Origin: Rhodothermales bacterium | GTDB lineage: Bacteria > Bacteroidota > Rhodothermia > Rhodothermales > JANQRZ01 | NCBI GenBank assembly: GCA_028284265.1 | Contig: JANQRZ010000015.1 | Span: 16,808 to 80,807, forward strand | DNA length: 64,000 bases | Direction: 5' to 3' | Shown here: one piece after another, positions 28,537-40,762 of the stretch | Numbering within the stretch: position 1 is the stretch's first letter | How the letters are laid out: each line of letters opens with the position of its first letter | Notes under the pieces: generated by a model | What the model was told of the DNA's origin: nothing | The model's input: the letters and a program-made list of their open reading frames with translations, nothing else | Databases searched by the model: none | Translations under genes and position numbers: made by a program

Positions 28537-30036
28537 ATGAAAGAGACCCTCATCACGCTCGCCTACCTCGTCGCAGCCTCGCTGTTCATCATCGGGCTGA
28601 AGCGGCTCTCCTCGCCCATGACCGCGCGCGGCGGGAATCAGCTTGCCGCCGGGGGCATGCTCTTGGCCGTCATCGCGACGCTGTTCATGCAGCAGATTCT
28701 AAGCCCCATCGAGATGGTCGCGGGCCTTGTGGTCGGGGGGGCGATTGGGACGTGGCTGGCAAGAACGGTCGAGATGACGAAGATGCCGGAGTTGGTGGCG
28801 GCCTTCAACGGCTTTGGCGGCGGGGCGAGTGCGTTGGTGGCGGCAGCAGAGGTGGCGCGCTACGCCGAGTGGAACATCGACCCCGTCGCCTCAATGCAGG
28901 CGATGGCGTCGCTTCAACCCCTCCCGACGGACGCCGCTGTCGTGCTGGAGCCGTTCACGGGCCTCACGGCGTTCACGGTGGCGCTCTCGGTGCTGATCGG
29001 TGCAGTCACCTTCTCGGGCAGCTTCGTCGCCTTCGGTAAGCTGAGTGGCAAAATCAGCGGCAACCCCGTCTCATTCCCCGGCCTCCGCCTGCTCTCCATC
29101 GTGATCGGCCTCGGCGTGATCGCCGCGACGGTGTGGGTGGTGATGGGGGCGGCGGACTTTGCCGTCATCAAGGACCCGGTGGTATGGGGGCTGACGGCGC
29201 TTGCGGCGCTCGCACTCGTACTCGGCATCTTACTCGTCGTCCCGATTGGCGGGGCAGATATGCCGGTGGTCGTTGCGCTCCTCAACTCCTACTCGGGCCT
29301 TGCAGCGAGCGCGGCAGGGTTCGTGCTGGGTAACTACGCACTCATCATCAGCGGGGCGCTCGTGGGGGCGAGTGGGCTGATCCTGACCCGGATCATGTGC
29401 GACGCGATGAACCGCTCCCTCGCCAACGTGCTCCTCGGCGGTTTCGGTGGAAGCAGCAGCACAGGCGATGGCGGTCCGGCGGTGTCCACCGAGGGCCTGA
29501 CCGTCCGTGAGACGACGCCCGACGACGCGGCAATCCTGATGAGCTATGCGCAGAAAGTCATCATCGTCCCCGGCTACGGCCTCGCGGTGGCGCAGGCGCA
29601 GCACCAGGTCCGCGAGATGGCCGACCTGCTCCAGAGCGAGGGCGTTGAGGTGAAGTACGCGATCCATCCCGTCGCCGGGCGGATGCCGGGCCACATGAAT
29701 GTGCTCCTCGCCGAGGCCAATGTGCCCTACGACCAGCTCTTTGATATGGACGATGTCAACGCCGACTTCGAGACGACCGACGTGGCGCTCGTCGTCGGGG
29801 CAAACGACGTGGTCAACCCAGCGGCCCGCACCGATCCAAGTTCGCCGATCCACGGGATGCCAATTCTGAACGTGGACAAATCGCAGAACGTGATCGTCCT
29901 CAAGCGCTCGATGCGCCCCGGCTACGCGGGCGTCGACAACATGCTCTTCTACGCCGACAACACGCAGATGCTCTTCGGCGATGCGAAGGATTCCATCTCC
30001 GAAGTCATCTCCGAGTTGAAGGCCCTGCAATCGTAA
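28537..30036 (+). CDS. pntB: NAD(P) transhydrogenase beta subunit
   Basis: MTKMPELVA, GGADMPVV, LNSYSG, AMNRS, PGYGLAVAQAQ, HPVAGRMPGHMNVLLAEA, GANDVVNP. Confidence 0.97.
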   Translation: MKETLITLAYLVAASLFIIGLKRLSSPMTARGGNQLAAGGMLLAVIATLFMQQILSPIEMVAGLVVGGAIGTWLARTVEMTKMPELVAAFNGFGGGASALVAAAEVARYAEWNIDPVASMQAMASLQPLPTDAAVVLEPFTGLTAFTVALSVLIGAVTFSGSFVAFGKLSGKISGNPVSFPGLRLLSIVIGLGVIAATVWVVMGAADFAVIKDPVVWGLTALAALALVLGILLVVPIGGADMPVVVALLNSYSGLAASAAGFVLGNYALIISGALVGASGLILTRIMCDAMNRSLANVLLGGFGGSSSTGDGGPAVSTEGLTVRETTPDDAAILMSYAQKVIIVPGYGLAVAQAQHQVREMADLLQSEGVEVKYAIHPVAGRMPGHMNVLLAEANVPYDQLFDMDDVNADFETTDVALVVGANDVVNPAARTDPSSPIHGMPILNVDKSQNVIVLKRSMRPGYAGVDNMLFYADNTQMLFGDAKDSISEVISELKALQS

Positions 30037-30062
30037 ACGTCTAAACAGAAACGACCTGAATC

Positions 30063-30317
30063 ATGGCTACGAACCCGACTCCTCCGACACGCCCTGGATC
30101 GCAGCACCCGCTCCTAGCACCGGGCGTGTTTGCTGGCGTCGCTCTGCTCCTTCTGATCCTAGGCCAGAATGCCTATGCGTTTGCCTCGCTTCTGCTCGCG
30201 CTCGGGCTGTTGCTCTACCTGATGGGTAAGACGCGACGCTGGAAAGGTGCCCCGCAGGCCGGGATGGTCGTGATGGGCGCGGCGGTCATCATTGCCCTGA
30301 CCGTTCTCCTCGGCTGA
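30063..30317 (+). CDS. Small hypothetical membrane protein
   Basis: 84 aa with about three hydrophobic segments, co-oriented just after pntB. Confidence 0.55.
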   Translation: MATNPTPPTRPGSQHPLLAPGVFAGVALLLLILGQNAYAFASLLLALGLLLYLMGKTRRWKGAPQAGMVVMGAAVIIALTVLLG

Positions 30318-30414
30318 GGCGTCAGCTTGCATGGCTCTAACCCTCCAAGGTTGTCGTTGCAATGAATCCTGGAAGGGAGCGGCAATTTCGTGGGCACCAT
30401 ATGCTCTTGCCATC

Positions 30415-30453
30415 CTGCGAGATGGCCACGTCGCTGCGCTCCTCGCAATGACA
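30415..30453 (-). repeat. REP-like element, left copy flanking the GIY-YIG gene
   Basis: ctgcgagatggccacgtcgctgcgctcctcgcaatgaca; matches the reverse complement of 30788-30826 at 36 of 39 positions. Confidence 0.85.
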
Positions 30454-30464
30454 GGGAGTAGAGG

Positions 30465-30770
30465 ATGCGAAAGCGCTACTACGTCTACATCCTCACGAAC
30501 CAGAGGTGTACGGTGCTCTACACCGGCGTCACGAACAATTTGAAGCGACGGCTCGGGGAGCATCAGCAAGGTGATGGCAACGGGTTTGCGACGCGCTACA
30601 AGGCAAACCGGCTCGTCTACTACGAGACCTTCGAAGACGTTCATTCCGCCATCGGACGCGAGAAGCAGATCAAGAGTTGGCCGCGCCTCAGGAAGATAGA
30701 GCTGGTGGACACTGTGAACCCTGAGTGGCGCAACCTTGCTGCTTCCTTCGATGCACTCGGCAGGGTTTGA
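30465..30770 (+). CDS. Small stand-alone GIY-YIG nuclease family protein
   Basis: YYVYIL..VLYTGVTNNLKRRLGEH, F..RY..RLVYYE, AIGREKQIKSW.R..KIELV...NPEW. Confidence 0.92.
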   Translation: MRKRYYVYILTNQRCTVLYTGVTNNLKRRLGEHQQGDGNGFATRYKANRLVYYETFEDVHSAIGREKQIKSWPRLRKIELVDTVNPEWRNLAASFDALGRV

Positions 30771-30787
30771 CAGAAGCCCTTTCTTCT

Positions 30788-30826
30788 TGTCATCGCGAGG
30801 AGCGTAGCGACGTGGCGATCTCGCAG
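30788..30826 (+). repeat. REP-like element, right copy flanking the GIY-YIG gene
   Basis: tgtcatcgcgaggagcgtagcgacgtggcgatctcgcag. Confidence 0.85.
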
Positions 30827-30885
30827 ATTGCCAATCCTTTTGACCGGACGGCAACGCTCAGGGTTGCCACAAGGAAGACGTGGCC

Positions 30886-31242
30886 CTAGCTTGCCTCGAA
30901 CGCGACCGGGCGGATCGTGAACGCGCGCTGCGGGCGGCGGTCCTTAACGCGGATATGGTCCGAGACGCGGCGGACGCCGGGCAGCGAGCCGAGGTCGCCG
31001 AGGACGGCGTCGTGCTGCTCGTGCGTGAGGACGGTGCCGTATACGGAGACGGTGCCCTCGAAGACGTAGAAGTGCAGGCCCGAGACATCGCTGCGCCGTA
31101 GCCGCTCGAAGGCGACGAAGACACGGGTGGCGATGCGGCGGTCGTGCTCGGTTTGCTTTTGCCGCGTGCGAAGCGTCGTAAGCAGCGTCCGCACATCGGC
31201 GATGCGGGAGCCGCCCGGACGGGGGAGTGTGGGAAGGGGCAT
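30886..31242 (-). CDS. BON domain protein
   Basis: DRRIATRV..V.EGTVSVYGTV..LPGVRRVSDHIRV. Confidence 0.7.
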   Translation of the reverse strand: MPLPTLPRPGGSRIADVRTLLTTLRTRQKQTEHDRRIATRVFVAFERLRRSDVSGLHFYVFEGTVSVYGTVLTHEQHDAVLGDLGSLPGVRRVSDHIRVKDRRPQRAFTIRPVAFEAS

Positions 31243-31421
31243 GGCAGGGGTTGGGCAAAGGGTATGCCGGGCAGCGGGGGAGACCACCCGGCGGGCGCAG
31301 AAGATAGCGATACGGACCCAATCCGCAAACAGGAGATGCAAAAACGCTTGCCGCCTTCGCTCGGTCGCGGCCCGTGGGTTTACATCTCTACTCTGTCGCG
31401 TTACCGAAACACCTCACGGCC

Positions 31422-34214
31422 TCAAAGCCCGCCTGCGAGGTCGAACGTCCCGCGCACGTCGCTCTTCGGCACGTCGAACCGGAGCAAGTCGGCGAGCTGG
31501 CCGCTCTTGACGTAGATCGAGAAGCCGAACGACTTGAAGTCGCCGAACGGAATCCAGTTGAAGCTCATCTCCCAGCAGTGGAGGTCGCGCAGGATCGAGA
31601 GGTTGGTCGTGGTGATTTCATTCGCCTCGAAGTCATAGCCGGACTGTCCCGCGATCTTCCAGTTGTTCGTCAGGCTGAGATCGAACTGTGTTCCGAGCGT
31701 GGCGACTACCCGATTCTCTTGGTTCGGGACCGCCGTGTCGCGGTAGTTGAAGTTGAACGAGAGCGACCACGGAATGGCGAAGTCCACGTAGGCGAGGTCG
31801 CGCCGCCGGTAGTCATAGGGGAGTAGGCCGTAGGGATCGTCGGGGCTGGGGATGAGGTCGGGGTAGACCGGGACCGTGCGGCGTGGCGTGCGCGGTGTCG
31901 CGCCTCGGCGGGGTTGGCCGCGGAAGCGGGTCCTCGCAGAAAAGTCGAGTGAGAGAAACCGGAGCAAGCCGCCGGTCTCCTGATACTGAAATCGATTGAT
32001 TTCGCGTCCCTGCGCGTTGATCGCGTACGGTGAATAGCGGGCGGAGAGGTTGAGAGTGACGAGGCTTCCGATCTGCGAGCTGCCTCGAAGTGTGACGTCA
32101 TCGAACCGAAGCGAGTCGGCGGCGAAATTATAGTTCGACCTGAAGCTGAGGGTAAAGAGTTGGAGCGCGCGGCGTTGCACCTCGCCGGTCGAGTCGGTTC
32201 GGGCAATGCGGGTCTGGAAGGTGTTGTTGAGCGTGAAGGATAGCGACTGGGTCTCGCGGTCGCTGATCCCGCTGGCAATGGGGTACTCGACGACCTGCCC
32301 GGTCGAGTCGGTGTAGCTGCGGAAGTAGTTGAAGGGGGCCTTCGAGTAGTCCGGCGAAAAGGTATATCCAACGCTCGGCTCGACGATGTGTCGGAATCCA
32401 TCGAGCGGTCCGATGCGGACGGGGAAGGTGCCGTAGAACTTGCTGTTGGCGTTCAGTCCCCCGCTGATCTGCCGGATCGCCGTGAAGCCGTCCTCCTGCA
32501 CACGCTGAATCCGCCCGAGGCTGTCGAGAACGGCCACGCCGCTGTCGTCCGTGAGCACGCGCTCGGAGCGGAGGAACCAGTCCTCTTCATACCGGGCGTT
32601 CGGTGTGAGGTTGAGGTTGAACGGGATGGTCGTAAAGGGAACCCGCGTCAGGGCGAAGGTGGCGTTGATGGGGACGGAGTGGTTCGCCGTGGCGTCGAAG
32701 CGTTCCGTCTCGCCAGTTGCCGCTACGAATTCGTCGTAGCTCACGATGCCGTCGAGCCACGAGACGCCGTTGCTCCCGGCGAGCGAGGTGTCGGGAACGA
32801 AGCGGTAGGTGTTCTGAAGCCTGCCGCTATACGAATAGCCGATGCGTTCGTACCACCGCTGGTTCTGGGCGCTCGTCCCGGCGCGGCGGAGCGGGAAACG
32901 CTGGCTCTGGGTGAATGAGAGGTTGGGGAAGGTCAGGTCTGCCTGCCCCGTCGTGAGGTTCTGACTCTGGCGGAGAGTGACCGAAAGTGCGCGTCCACTG
33001 CGCCGCCAGTTCTTACTGAACTGGATCGAGGACTGGGTATTCTGTGTGACGCGGTCGTCGAAGTTTTCAGCGGTGGCGCGTGTACCGCTCGACCGGAGGT
33101 TGACGCTTCCGTTGAGCCTACCCGTGTTGTTGAAGAGTTGCTGCTGGTGCTGCCAGTCGATGCGGAAATTTTCCTGCACCTGAAAGCCGGGGTCTTGGCT
33201 CTCGCCTCGGCGGAGTCGCGAATAGGTCACGCCAAGGTTGCCGGAGAAGGCGTAGCGCTTGGCATAGCGGTAGGACGGGTTGATCTCGTAGCTGCCTTTC
33301 GTGTAGATCGCCCCGCGCACTTGGGCATCCATGTAGTCGGAGATCGCCCAGTACCAGCCTAGACCACGCAGGTAGAAGCCGAGTTGCGGGTCCTCGCCGT
33401 AGGTCGGCGGAAGCGGGCCGCTCCGTCGTCCCTCGGCGGCGGGGAAGAACCCGAACGGCAGCCACAGCGGGGTCGGGACGCCGAGGATGTAGAGTCGGGC
33501 CGGGCCGGTGTAGACCCACTCGCCATCGACGACTTTCATCTTACCCGCTCGCAGGCCGTAGTGCGGATGGTCGAGTTCGCAGGTGGTGTAGGTCGCATCT
33601 TGGGCGAAGGTGACGTGCGGCCCAACCTGCTTGACGATGCCGCCGAGCAAGTAACCATCCTCAATCGCCGTCCGTGCCCCGACGATTCGCCCGCGCTGGG
33701 TCGAGAGGTTGTAGGCTACCTCGCGCCCGGACAGCGTCTCGCTCCCGCGCTCGAAATACGGCGTCCCGATGGCTTGCCCGAGTGAGTCGGTGGCGGCATC
33801 GGCGGACGTGGGACCGCGTGCGCGCATTTCCTCGCGCCCGAACAAGAGGTCGATCTCGGCAGCGGTGAGGCTGGCGTCATCGTATCCCACTGTTGCGTCA
33901 CCGAACAGCGTGCCAAGGTCGCCGTCGCCGGACGCATCGTCCTCCTCGGCGAAGACGATGACGAGCGAGTCAGTCGCGGTAAAGTTGATCGGTTCCTCCA
34001 GCCCCTCGCCGTCCGGTTGAGGTTGGGGCGGAGCGGTGCGCTGAAACCCAACCTGTGCCGTTGTGATGAGGGGAAGCGAGTCCGATAGCACCAGCGAGTC
34101 CGCATCCACGAGCAGCTTCAGCACGTCGAGCGTATCGGTCTCTTGCGCGAGCGCCGTGCTTGCGCCGAGGAGTGCAGCAACAAGGCCTATTGCAAGAGTT
34201 GCCCGTGAGGTCAC
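31422..34214 (-). CDS. lptD: LPS assembly protein LptD, Bacteroidetes type; start re-assigned to GTG 34214
   Basis: Signal peptide ending TALAQ; YTTCELDHPHY, PTPLWLPFGFFP, GFYLRGLGWYW, RDLHCWEMSFNWIPFG; the longer N-terminus in the ORF track runs through a REP and the ROK gene. Confidence 0.88.
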   Translation of the reverse strand: MTSRATLAIGLVAALLGASTALAQETDTLDVLKLLVDADSLVLSDSLPLITTAQVGFQRTAPPQPQPDGEGLEEPINFTATDSLVIVFAEEDDASGDGDLGTLFGDATVGYDDASLTAAEIDLLFGREEMRARGPTSADAATDSLGQAIGTPYFERGSETLSGREVAYNLSTQRGRIVGARTAIEDGYLLGGIVKQVGPHVTFAQDATYTTCELDHPHYGLRAGKMKVVDGEWVYTGPARLYILGVPTPLWLPFGFFPAAEGRRSGPLPPTYGEDPQLGFYLRGLGWYWAISDYMDAQVRGAIYTKGSYEINPSYRYAKRYAFSGNLGVTYSRLRRGESQDPGFQVQENFRIDWQHQQQLFNNTGRLNGSVNLRSSGTRATAENFDDRVTQNTQSSIQFSKNWRRSGRALSVTLRQSQNLTTGQADLTFPNLSFTQSQRFPLRRAGTSAQNQRWYERIGYSYSGRLQNTYRFVPDTSLAGSNGVSWLDGIVSYDEFVAATGETERFDATANHSVPINATFALTRVPFTTIPFNLNLTPNARYEEDWFLRSERVLTDDSGVAVLDSLGRIQRVQEDGFTAIRQISGGLNANSKFYGTFPVRIGPLDGFRHIVEPSVGYTFSPDYSKAPFNYFRSYTDSTGQVVEYPIASGISDRETQSLSFTLNNTFQTRIARTDSTGEVQRRALQLFTLSFRSNYNFAADSLRFDDVTLRGSSQIGSLVTLNLSARYSPYAINAQGREINRFQYQETGGLLRFLSLDFSARTRFRGQPRRGATPRTPRRTVPVYPDLIPSPDDPYGLLPYDYRRRDLAYVDFAIPWSLSFNFNYRDTAVPNQENRVVATLGTQFDLSLTNNWKIAGQSGYDFEANEITTTNLSILRDLHCWEMSFNWIPFGDFKSFGFSIYVKSGQLADLLRFDVPKSDVRGTFDLAGGL

Positions 34215-34244
34215 AGTTCTGGCTGATGTTTCCAACCCAGAGGA

Positions 34245-34315
34245 GTCATCCCGGCTTCCGAGCCGGGACCCATCGGCCAGTAAGTCGTGTGGGTCCCCGC
34301 CTGCGCGGGGATGAC
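34245..34315. repeat. REP-like inverted doublet with GTCAT...ATGAC ends
   Basis: GTCATCCCGGCTTCCGAGCCGGGACCCA ... TGGGTCCCCGCCTGCGCGGGGATGAC. Confidence 0.8.
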
Positions 34316-34407
34316 GAGTGTAGAGGTGAGAGGCTTGGAACCGCACACCGGTATATCGACCGCTCTTTTTCACAACGCACTCGCCGTCACACTTCGTGCC
34401 GCTGCTC

Positions 34408-35385
34408 CTACGCGCCAATCTTCGACTCGGCGTCCTCGAACGCCAGCCGTGCCGCGCCAAGCACGCCGACCTCATTGCCCCGCGTCTCACGCACGAGTTC
34501 GAGGCCCTCGGAAAGACTCGGCATGACGGCCCCGTGCAAGGCCATGCGCGCCGGGTCGAGTAGGTAGTGGCCCGCCGCTGATACGCCGCCGCCGACGACG
34601 AGCTTACGAATATCGAGGAGGTTGACGACAGAGGCGAGGGCGACGCCGAGCTTGTGTCCAGCCCACGCGAGGACTTCGCGGGCGGGTTCGTCGCCTTGCT
34701 CGGCGGCTTGGTGGAGCATCTTCGGCGAGAGGCGGGCGAGGTCGCGTCCGGCCCACTCGTGGAGGATGCTCGGGCGGGTGTGCAGTTGGTAGCGGGCGTG
34801 GTGCGAGAGGTAGTGCAGGCCGAGGTACGCTTCGGTGGCTCCGGCCACGCCGCTCCGGGCATAAGGCCCCTCGTAGTCGATGGACATGTGGCCGAGTTCG
34901 CCTGCCCCGCCGGTCACGCCCCGGAACAACTTCTTTTCATGGATGATGGCTCCGCCGACACCCGTGCCGAGCGTGACCATGATGAAGGAGTCGAAGTCCC
35001 GTCCGGCACCCCACGTCGCCGACCCCAATCCCGCGCAGTTCGCATCGTTCTCGACGACCACACAGCCGGGTACGAGGTGCGCCAGCGATTTAGAGAGGTT
35101 GACCTCGTCCCAATCCGAAAAGTTGGGAGGTTTGATGACTGTCGTTCGGTCCATCGAAACCTTGCCCGGTGCGCCGATCCCGACGCCGCAGACCTCGGCT
35201 CCATCAGGGCGCTGCCGGAGCACCTGCCCGATAGCTTCGGCGATGCGACCGAGGACGTGGTCCGGTCCCCGATTGGCTTGGGTGCGAACGTGGGCGTCGC
35301 ATAGGATCGCACCGTCGGAGTCGACGAGGCCCGCCTTAATGTTCGTCCCGCCGAGGTCTATGCCGACAGCGACCTGCTTTGCCAT
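34408..35385 (-). CDS. ROK family sugar kinase (glucokinase-like)
   Basis: GIDLGGTN, GIGAPG, ENDANCA, TLGTGVGG, GELGH. Confidence 0.9.
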   Translation of the reverse strand: MAKQVAVGIDLGGTNIKAGLVDSDGAILCDAHVRTQANRGPDHVLGRIAEAIGQVLRQRPDGAEVCGVGIGAPGKVSMDRTTVIKPPNFSDWDEVNLSKSLAHLVPGCVVVENDANCAGLGSATWGAGRDFDSFIMVTLGTGVGGAIIHEKKLFRGVTGGAGELGHMSIDYEGPYARSGVAGATEAYLGLHYLSHHARYQLHTRPSILHEWAGRDLARLSPKMLHQAAEQGDEPAREVLAWAGHKLGVALASVVNLLDIRKLVVGGGVSAAGHYLLDPARMALHGAVMPSLSEGLELVRETRGNEVGVLGAARLAFEDAESKIGA

Positions 35386-35448
35386 GAAAGGGGGAGAAAG
35401 AGGGTGAGGAGGAGAGGGCGTAAGATAGCGGAGGGCGGGGGCGCTGCG

Positions 35449-35766
35449 CTACTCGTCCTCGTTCCCATCGCTCACTGGATAGACCGTCTCTCCGGGGCGA
35501 CGCATCCCGTACTGCTCCCGCGCTACTTTCTCGACCACCTCATCCGACAATCCGGCATTGAGGTCGCGGTGCAGCACCGCGTTCTCGGCTTGGAGCCGGG
35601 TGTTTTCCGCCGAAAGGGCCTGGGCGTCAGCATAGTATTGGACGCGCTGCAAGAGGCTGTGGCTGTCGAAGAACGCGAACCACACCGCCGCTACGACGAG
35701 GCCTGCGAGCATCAGCCGCCGTCGGAGGCGCGGGCTGGCGATAGCCTGTTGGATTCGACTCAGCAT
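35449..35766 (-). CDS. ftsB: Septum formation initiator FtsB/DivIC family
   Basis: TM plus coiled coil, VEKVAREQYGMRRPGE; directly downstream of eno. Confidence 0.85.
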   Translation of the reverse strand: MLSRIQQAIASPRLRRRLMLAGLVVAAVWFAFFDSHSLLQRVQYYADAQALSAENTRLQAENAVLHRDLNAGLSDEVVEKVAREQYGMRRPGETVYPVSDGNEDE

Positions 35767-35811
35767 GGGGCAGGAAGGACAGCGGAGTGGCAAAATAAGG
35801 TGCTTTCGCCC

Positions 35812-37119
<1,308 letters not shown>

Positions 37120-37297
37120 TTAGCGTAGGGCGATTCCTTGTGGTCGCCTTGTTTCGGGCATAGCACAGAACCGAAAGCTACGACATACGCCGGGTGTGCT
37201 GCTTAATCCGAGCTTGCGATATCGTTTGGCGGACCCGTTGCGGTCGGCGTGCGTAGCTTCCCCTCATCCGCCTTTTGCATCAACACTATCAACGCTC

Positions 37298-38251
37298 GTG
37301 GGTACGATTCTCGTTACGGGAGCCAGAGGCCAGATCGGGAGCGACCTCGTGGCGGAACTCCGCCGTCGGCACGGTCACGACGCCGTTCTCGAAACCGACC
37401 TTCACCCGCTGCCCAACGGTGGCCGTGCGCTTTATGAACCGCTCGATGTGCAGGACCGTGACCGGCTCGATGCGCTCGTCCGCACGCACCAGGTCGATAC
37501 GGTCTACCACCTCGCCAGCCTCCTCTCAGCGACGGGAGAGCAGAAGCCCGACATCGCGTGGGCCGTCAACGTCGAGGGCCTGCGAAACGTGCTGGAGGTC
37601 GCCCGAAGCCACGGCCTCCGGCTCTTCTGGCCGTCGTCGATTGCTGCCTTCGGTCCAGCGACGCCGCGCGAGGACACGCCGCAGGAAGGCCCGCTCGATC
37701 CAATCACGATGTACGGGACGACGAAGGTCACGGGGGAGTACCTCTGTCGTTACGCCTTCCTGAAAGACGCCGTCGATGTGCGGAGCCTCCGCTATCCCGG
37801 CCTCATCAGCCACGCCACCAAGCCCGGCGGCGGGACGACCGACTACGCGGTCGAGATTTTCTATGCTGCCTTGGAGGGTGATTCGTACACCTGTTTCCTC
37901 CGCCCAGACACACGGCTCCCGATGATGTACATGCCCGACGCCGTTCGTGCTACCATCGATCTGATGGAAGCCGACGCGGAAGACATCTCGGTTCGGACCT
38001 CGTACAACATCACGGCTCTCAGCTTCTCCGCCGAAGAAATTGCGGCGGCGCTTCGGAAGCGCTTCCCGGCCTTCGAGGTGCGCTACGAACCTGACTTCCG
38101 CCAAGCCATCGCCGACTCGTGGCCCGCCAGCGTCGATGACAACCAAGCCCGTACCGATTGGGGCTGGCAGCCCGCCTTCGACCTCGACCGGATGGTGGAC
38201 GACATGATCGACCACCTCGCAGCGAAGCTCAAGGTCGCGGAGCCTTCCTGA
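37298..38251 (+). CDS. tdh: L-threonine 3-dehydrogenase, SDR/epimerase type
   Basis: [54 protein letters not shown]; upstream of kbl. Confidence 0.88.
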   Translation: MGTILVTGARGQIGSDLVAELRRRHGHDAVLETDLHPLPNGGRALYEPLDVQDRDRLDALVRTHQVDTVYHLASLLSATGEQKPDIAWAVNVEGLRNVLEVARSHGLRLFWPSSIAAFGPATPREDTPQEGPLDPITMYGTTKVTGEYLCRYAFLKDAVDVRSLRYPGLISHATKPGGGTTDYAVEIFYAALEGDSYTCFLRPDTRLPMMYMPDAVRATIDLMEADAEDISVRTSYNITALSFSAEEIAAALRKRFPAFEVRYEPDFRQAIADSWPASVDDNQARTDWGWQPAFDLDRMVDDMIDHLAAKLKVAEPS

Positions 38252-38283
38252 GGGGGTATGTCATTTACTCCTCTGTTTCCTCA

Positions 38284-38375
38284 GTCATCCCCGCGAACCG
38301 AAGGACGGCGAAGCCAACGCGGGGACCCACCGGGCTTGCAATACCTGTGGATTCCCGATCAGGGTCGGGAATGAC
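38284..38375. repeat. REP-like inverted doublet with GTCAT...ATGAC ends between tdh and kbl
   Basis: GTCATCCCCGCG...CGCGGGGACCCA ... TGGATTCCCGATCAGGGTCGGGAATGAC. Confidence 0.8.
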
Positions 38376-38438
38376 TGGATTCTTTGCTTCGTAGGAAGAC
38401 CCAAACACCCTACTTCATTCTATCTTACTGCCTCAGCC

Positions 38439-39635
38439 ATGTCTACCACCGCCACCGCTCTCTACCGCGACATTCTCGACGACATCCGCGAAGCGGGTCT
38501 CTACAAAGAGGAGCGTGTCATTACCTCGCAGCAGGCTGCTGACATCGAGGTCGGTGAAAACGGGCAGGCCGCCGAGGTCATAAACTTCTGCGCCAACAAC
38601 TACCTCGGTCTCGCCAATGACCCCGACCTGATGCGGGCCGCGCAGGAGGGGATAGAGAAATACGGCTTCGGCCTCGCGTCCGTGCGGTTTATATGCGGGA
38701 CGCAAGACATCCACAAAGAGCTGGAACACCGCCTCGCCGCCTTCCATGGCAAGGACGATGCGATCCTCTATGCCGCCTGCTTCGACGCGAACGCGGGCCT
38801 GTTCGAGACGCTCCTCGACGCAGAGTGCGCGGTGATCTCCGACGCGCTCAACCACGCGAGCATCATCGATGGGGTGCGGCTGTGCAAGGCGCGGCGCTAC
38901 CGCTTCGCCCACGCCGATATGGGCGAACTGGAAGACGCGCTCAAGGACAGCCAAGACGCAAAGATCCGCCTCATCACCACCGATGGCGTGTTCTCGATGG
39001 ACGGCGACGTAGCGAAGCTCGACGAAATCTGCGCCCTCGCCGAGCAGTACGACGCGCTCGTCCACGTCGATGAGTGTCACTCGACGGGCTTCTTCGGGCC
39101 AACCGGTAAGGGCGCGGCGGAGTACCGGGGCGTACTCGACAAGGTGGACATCATCACGAGCACGCTCGGCAAGGCACTCGGCGGGGCATCGGGCGGGTTC
39201 ACGGTGGCGAGCCAAGAGATTGTAGACCTGCTCCGGCAGCGCTCGCGGCCCTACCTATTCTCCAACTCCGTCGCCCCGTGCATCGTCTACACCTCGATCC
39301 GCGTCCTCGACCGGCTGGAGGAGACCGCCGACCTCCGGCAAACGCTCGAAGACAACACGCGCTACTTCCGCGAGCAGATGACCGCTGCCGGGTTCGATAT
39401 CAAGCCCGGCGAACACCCCATCGTCCCGATCATGCTCTACGACGCTAAGCTCGCGCAGGGCGTCGCGGCGGACTTGCTCGATGAGGGCATCTACGTGATC
39501 GGGTTCTCATTCCCTGTCGTGCCGAAGGGCGAGGCGCGCATCCGCGTGCAGGTCTCTGCCGCCCACACGCGCGAGCACCTCGATCGCTGCGTCGCTGCCT
39601 TCACCGCTGTCGGCAAGCGGCACGGCGTGGTTTAA
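38439..39635 (+). CDS. kbl: Glycine C-acetyltransferase (2-amino-3-ketobutyrate CoA ligase)
   Basis: [64 protein letters not shown]. Confidence 0.95.
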   Translation: MSTTATALYRDILDDIREAGLYKEERVITSQQAADIEVGENGQAAEVINFCANNYLGLANDPDLMRAAQEGIEKYGFGLASVRFICGTQDIHKELEHRLAAFHGKDDAILYAACFDANAGLFETLLDAECAVISDALNHASIIDGVRLCKARRYRFAHADMGELEDALKDSQDAKIRLITTDGVFSMDGDVAKLDEICALAEQYDALVHVDECHSTGFFGPTGKGAAEYRGVLDKVDIITSTLGKALGGASGGFTVASQEIVDLLRQRSRPYLFSNSVAPCIVYTSIRVLDRLEETADLRQTLEDNTRYFREQMTAAGFDIKPGEHPIVPIMLYDAKLAQGVAADLLDEGIYVIGFSFPVVPKGEARIRVQVSAAHTREHLDRCVAAFTAVGKRHGVV

Positions 39636-40750
39636 CGCTGCGTAAATGTCTGCATCGGACTCGTGCGGTGCTTGGTGGCGCGCACGGTGAGGTCGGGGAA
39701 GCGCTCAGCCAGCCAGCCGACGAGGAGGCGCTCGGTGATCCACTCGGTTTCGTAGTGCCCGGCGTCGATGAGCGCCATGCGTGGCGTGCCGTCCGGGGCG
39801 AGGGGCTGGAAGAACGTGTGGTAGGTGATGTCCGCCGTCACGAACGCATCGGCCCCCGCCGCCATTGCCGTCGAGACGAGCGAGGACCCTGCGCCGCCGC
39901 ACACGGCGACGGTCGAAACCATCGCTTCGGGATCGCCGACGTAGCGTAGCGATCCGGCCTCTAGCTTCTCCAATATCACTTCGAGCCATGCTTTAAGTGG
40001 CATCGGCTCATCTACTGTGCCGATAGCCCCAAGTCCGGCTTGCGTGGATGGTTGCTCGACGGGGTAGAGGTCGTAGGCGACCTCCTCATAGGGATGCGCC
40101 TGCTTGAGCGCAGTGACGATGCGCCCCACGTCCCATCGCGCCACTTCCATCTCAATCCGTACTTCGTCCGCCGACTCCAACGTACCGGGTGTGCCGGTGT
40201 GGGGATCGGTATCATCGCCCGGTCGGAAGTGGCCGGTGCCGGTTGTCGTGAAGGCGCACTCCGAATAGTCGCCGATCCGCCCGGCCCCGGCCTCAGCGAG
40301 CGCAGCACGAACGGCCTCGGTGTGGTCCGGCGGGACGAAGGTGACGAGCTTCATGAGCGACTCGGTCATCCCGTCGAGGAAGCGCACGTTGTTCAGACCG
40401 AGGTGCTCGGCGAGGGCGAAGGAGACGCCGCCGGGGGCCGCGTCGAGGTTGGTGTGGATCGCGTAGTAGGCAATCCCCGACTGCGCGAGCCGGTACGCCA
40501 ACCCACTCACGAAGTCGGTTGGGACGAGTCGCTTGATGGGTTTGAACAGGAGTGGGTGGTGGGTGACGACGAGGTCGGTTCCCATCGCCTCGGCCTCATC
40601 CACAACGGCAGGGGTCAGGTCGAGCGCGACGAGCACGGAGGCCACGTCCTTCGCCGGGTCGCCGACTTGGAGGCCGACGTTGTCGTAGGAGAGCTTCGAG
40701 CCGGGCGGTGCCCAGCGTTCGAGGGCGGCGGCGATGTCGCGGACGGTCAT
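39632..40750 (-). CDS. Nif3/DUF34 dinuclear metal-centre protein with PII-like insert
   Basis: [46 protein letters not shown]. Confidence 0.93.
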   Translation of the reverse strand: MTVRDIAAALERWAPPGSKLSYDNVGLQVGDPAKDVASVLVALDLTPAVVDEAEAMGTDLVVTHHPLLFKPIKRLVPTDFVSGLAYRLAQSGIAYYAIHTNLDAAPGGVSFALAEHLGLNNVRFLDGMTESLMKLVTFVPPDHTEAVRAALAEAGAGRIGDYSECAFTTTGTGHFRPGDDTDPHTGTPGTLESADEVRIEMEVARWDVGRIVTALKQAHPYEEVAYDLYPVEQPSTQAGLGAIGTVDEPMPLKAWLEVILEKLEAGSLRYVGDPEAMVSTVAVCGGAGSSLVSTAMAAGADAFVTADITYHTFFQPLAPDGTPRMALIDAGHYETEWITERLLVGWLAERFPDLTVRATKHRTSPMQTFTQR

Positions 40751-40762
40751 GAGCGTACCGAG

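Noticed and set aside
34215-34862. N-terminal extension of the 1146-aa LptD ORF
   Set aside because: Overlaps the ROK gene and a REP doublet; the signal peptide starts near 34214.
37125-37150. GTAG-type REP upstream of eno
   Set aside because: Single degenerate copy (gtagggcgattccttgtggtcgcc) with no RAYT gene or clear second copy.
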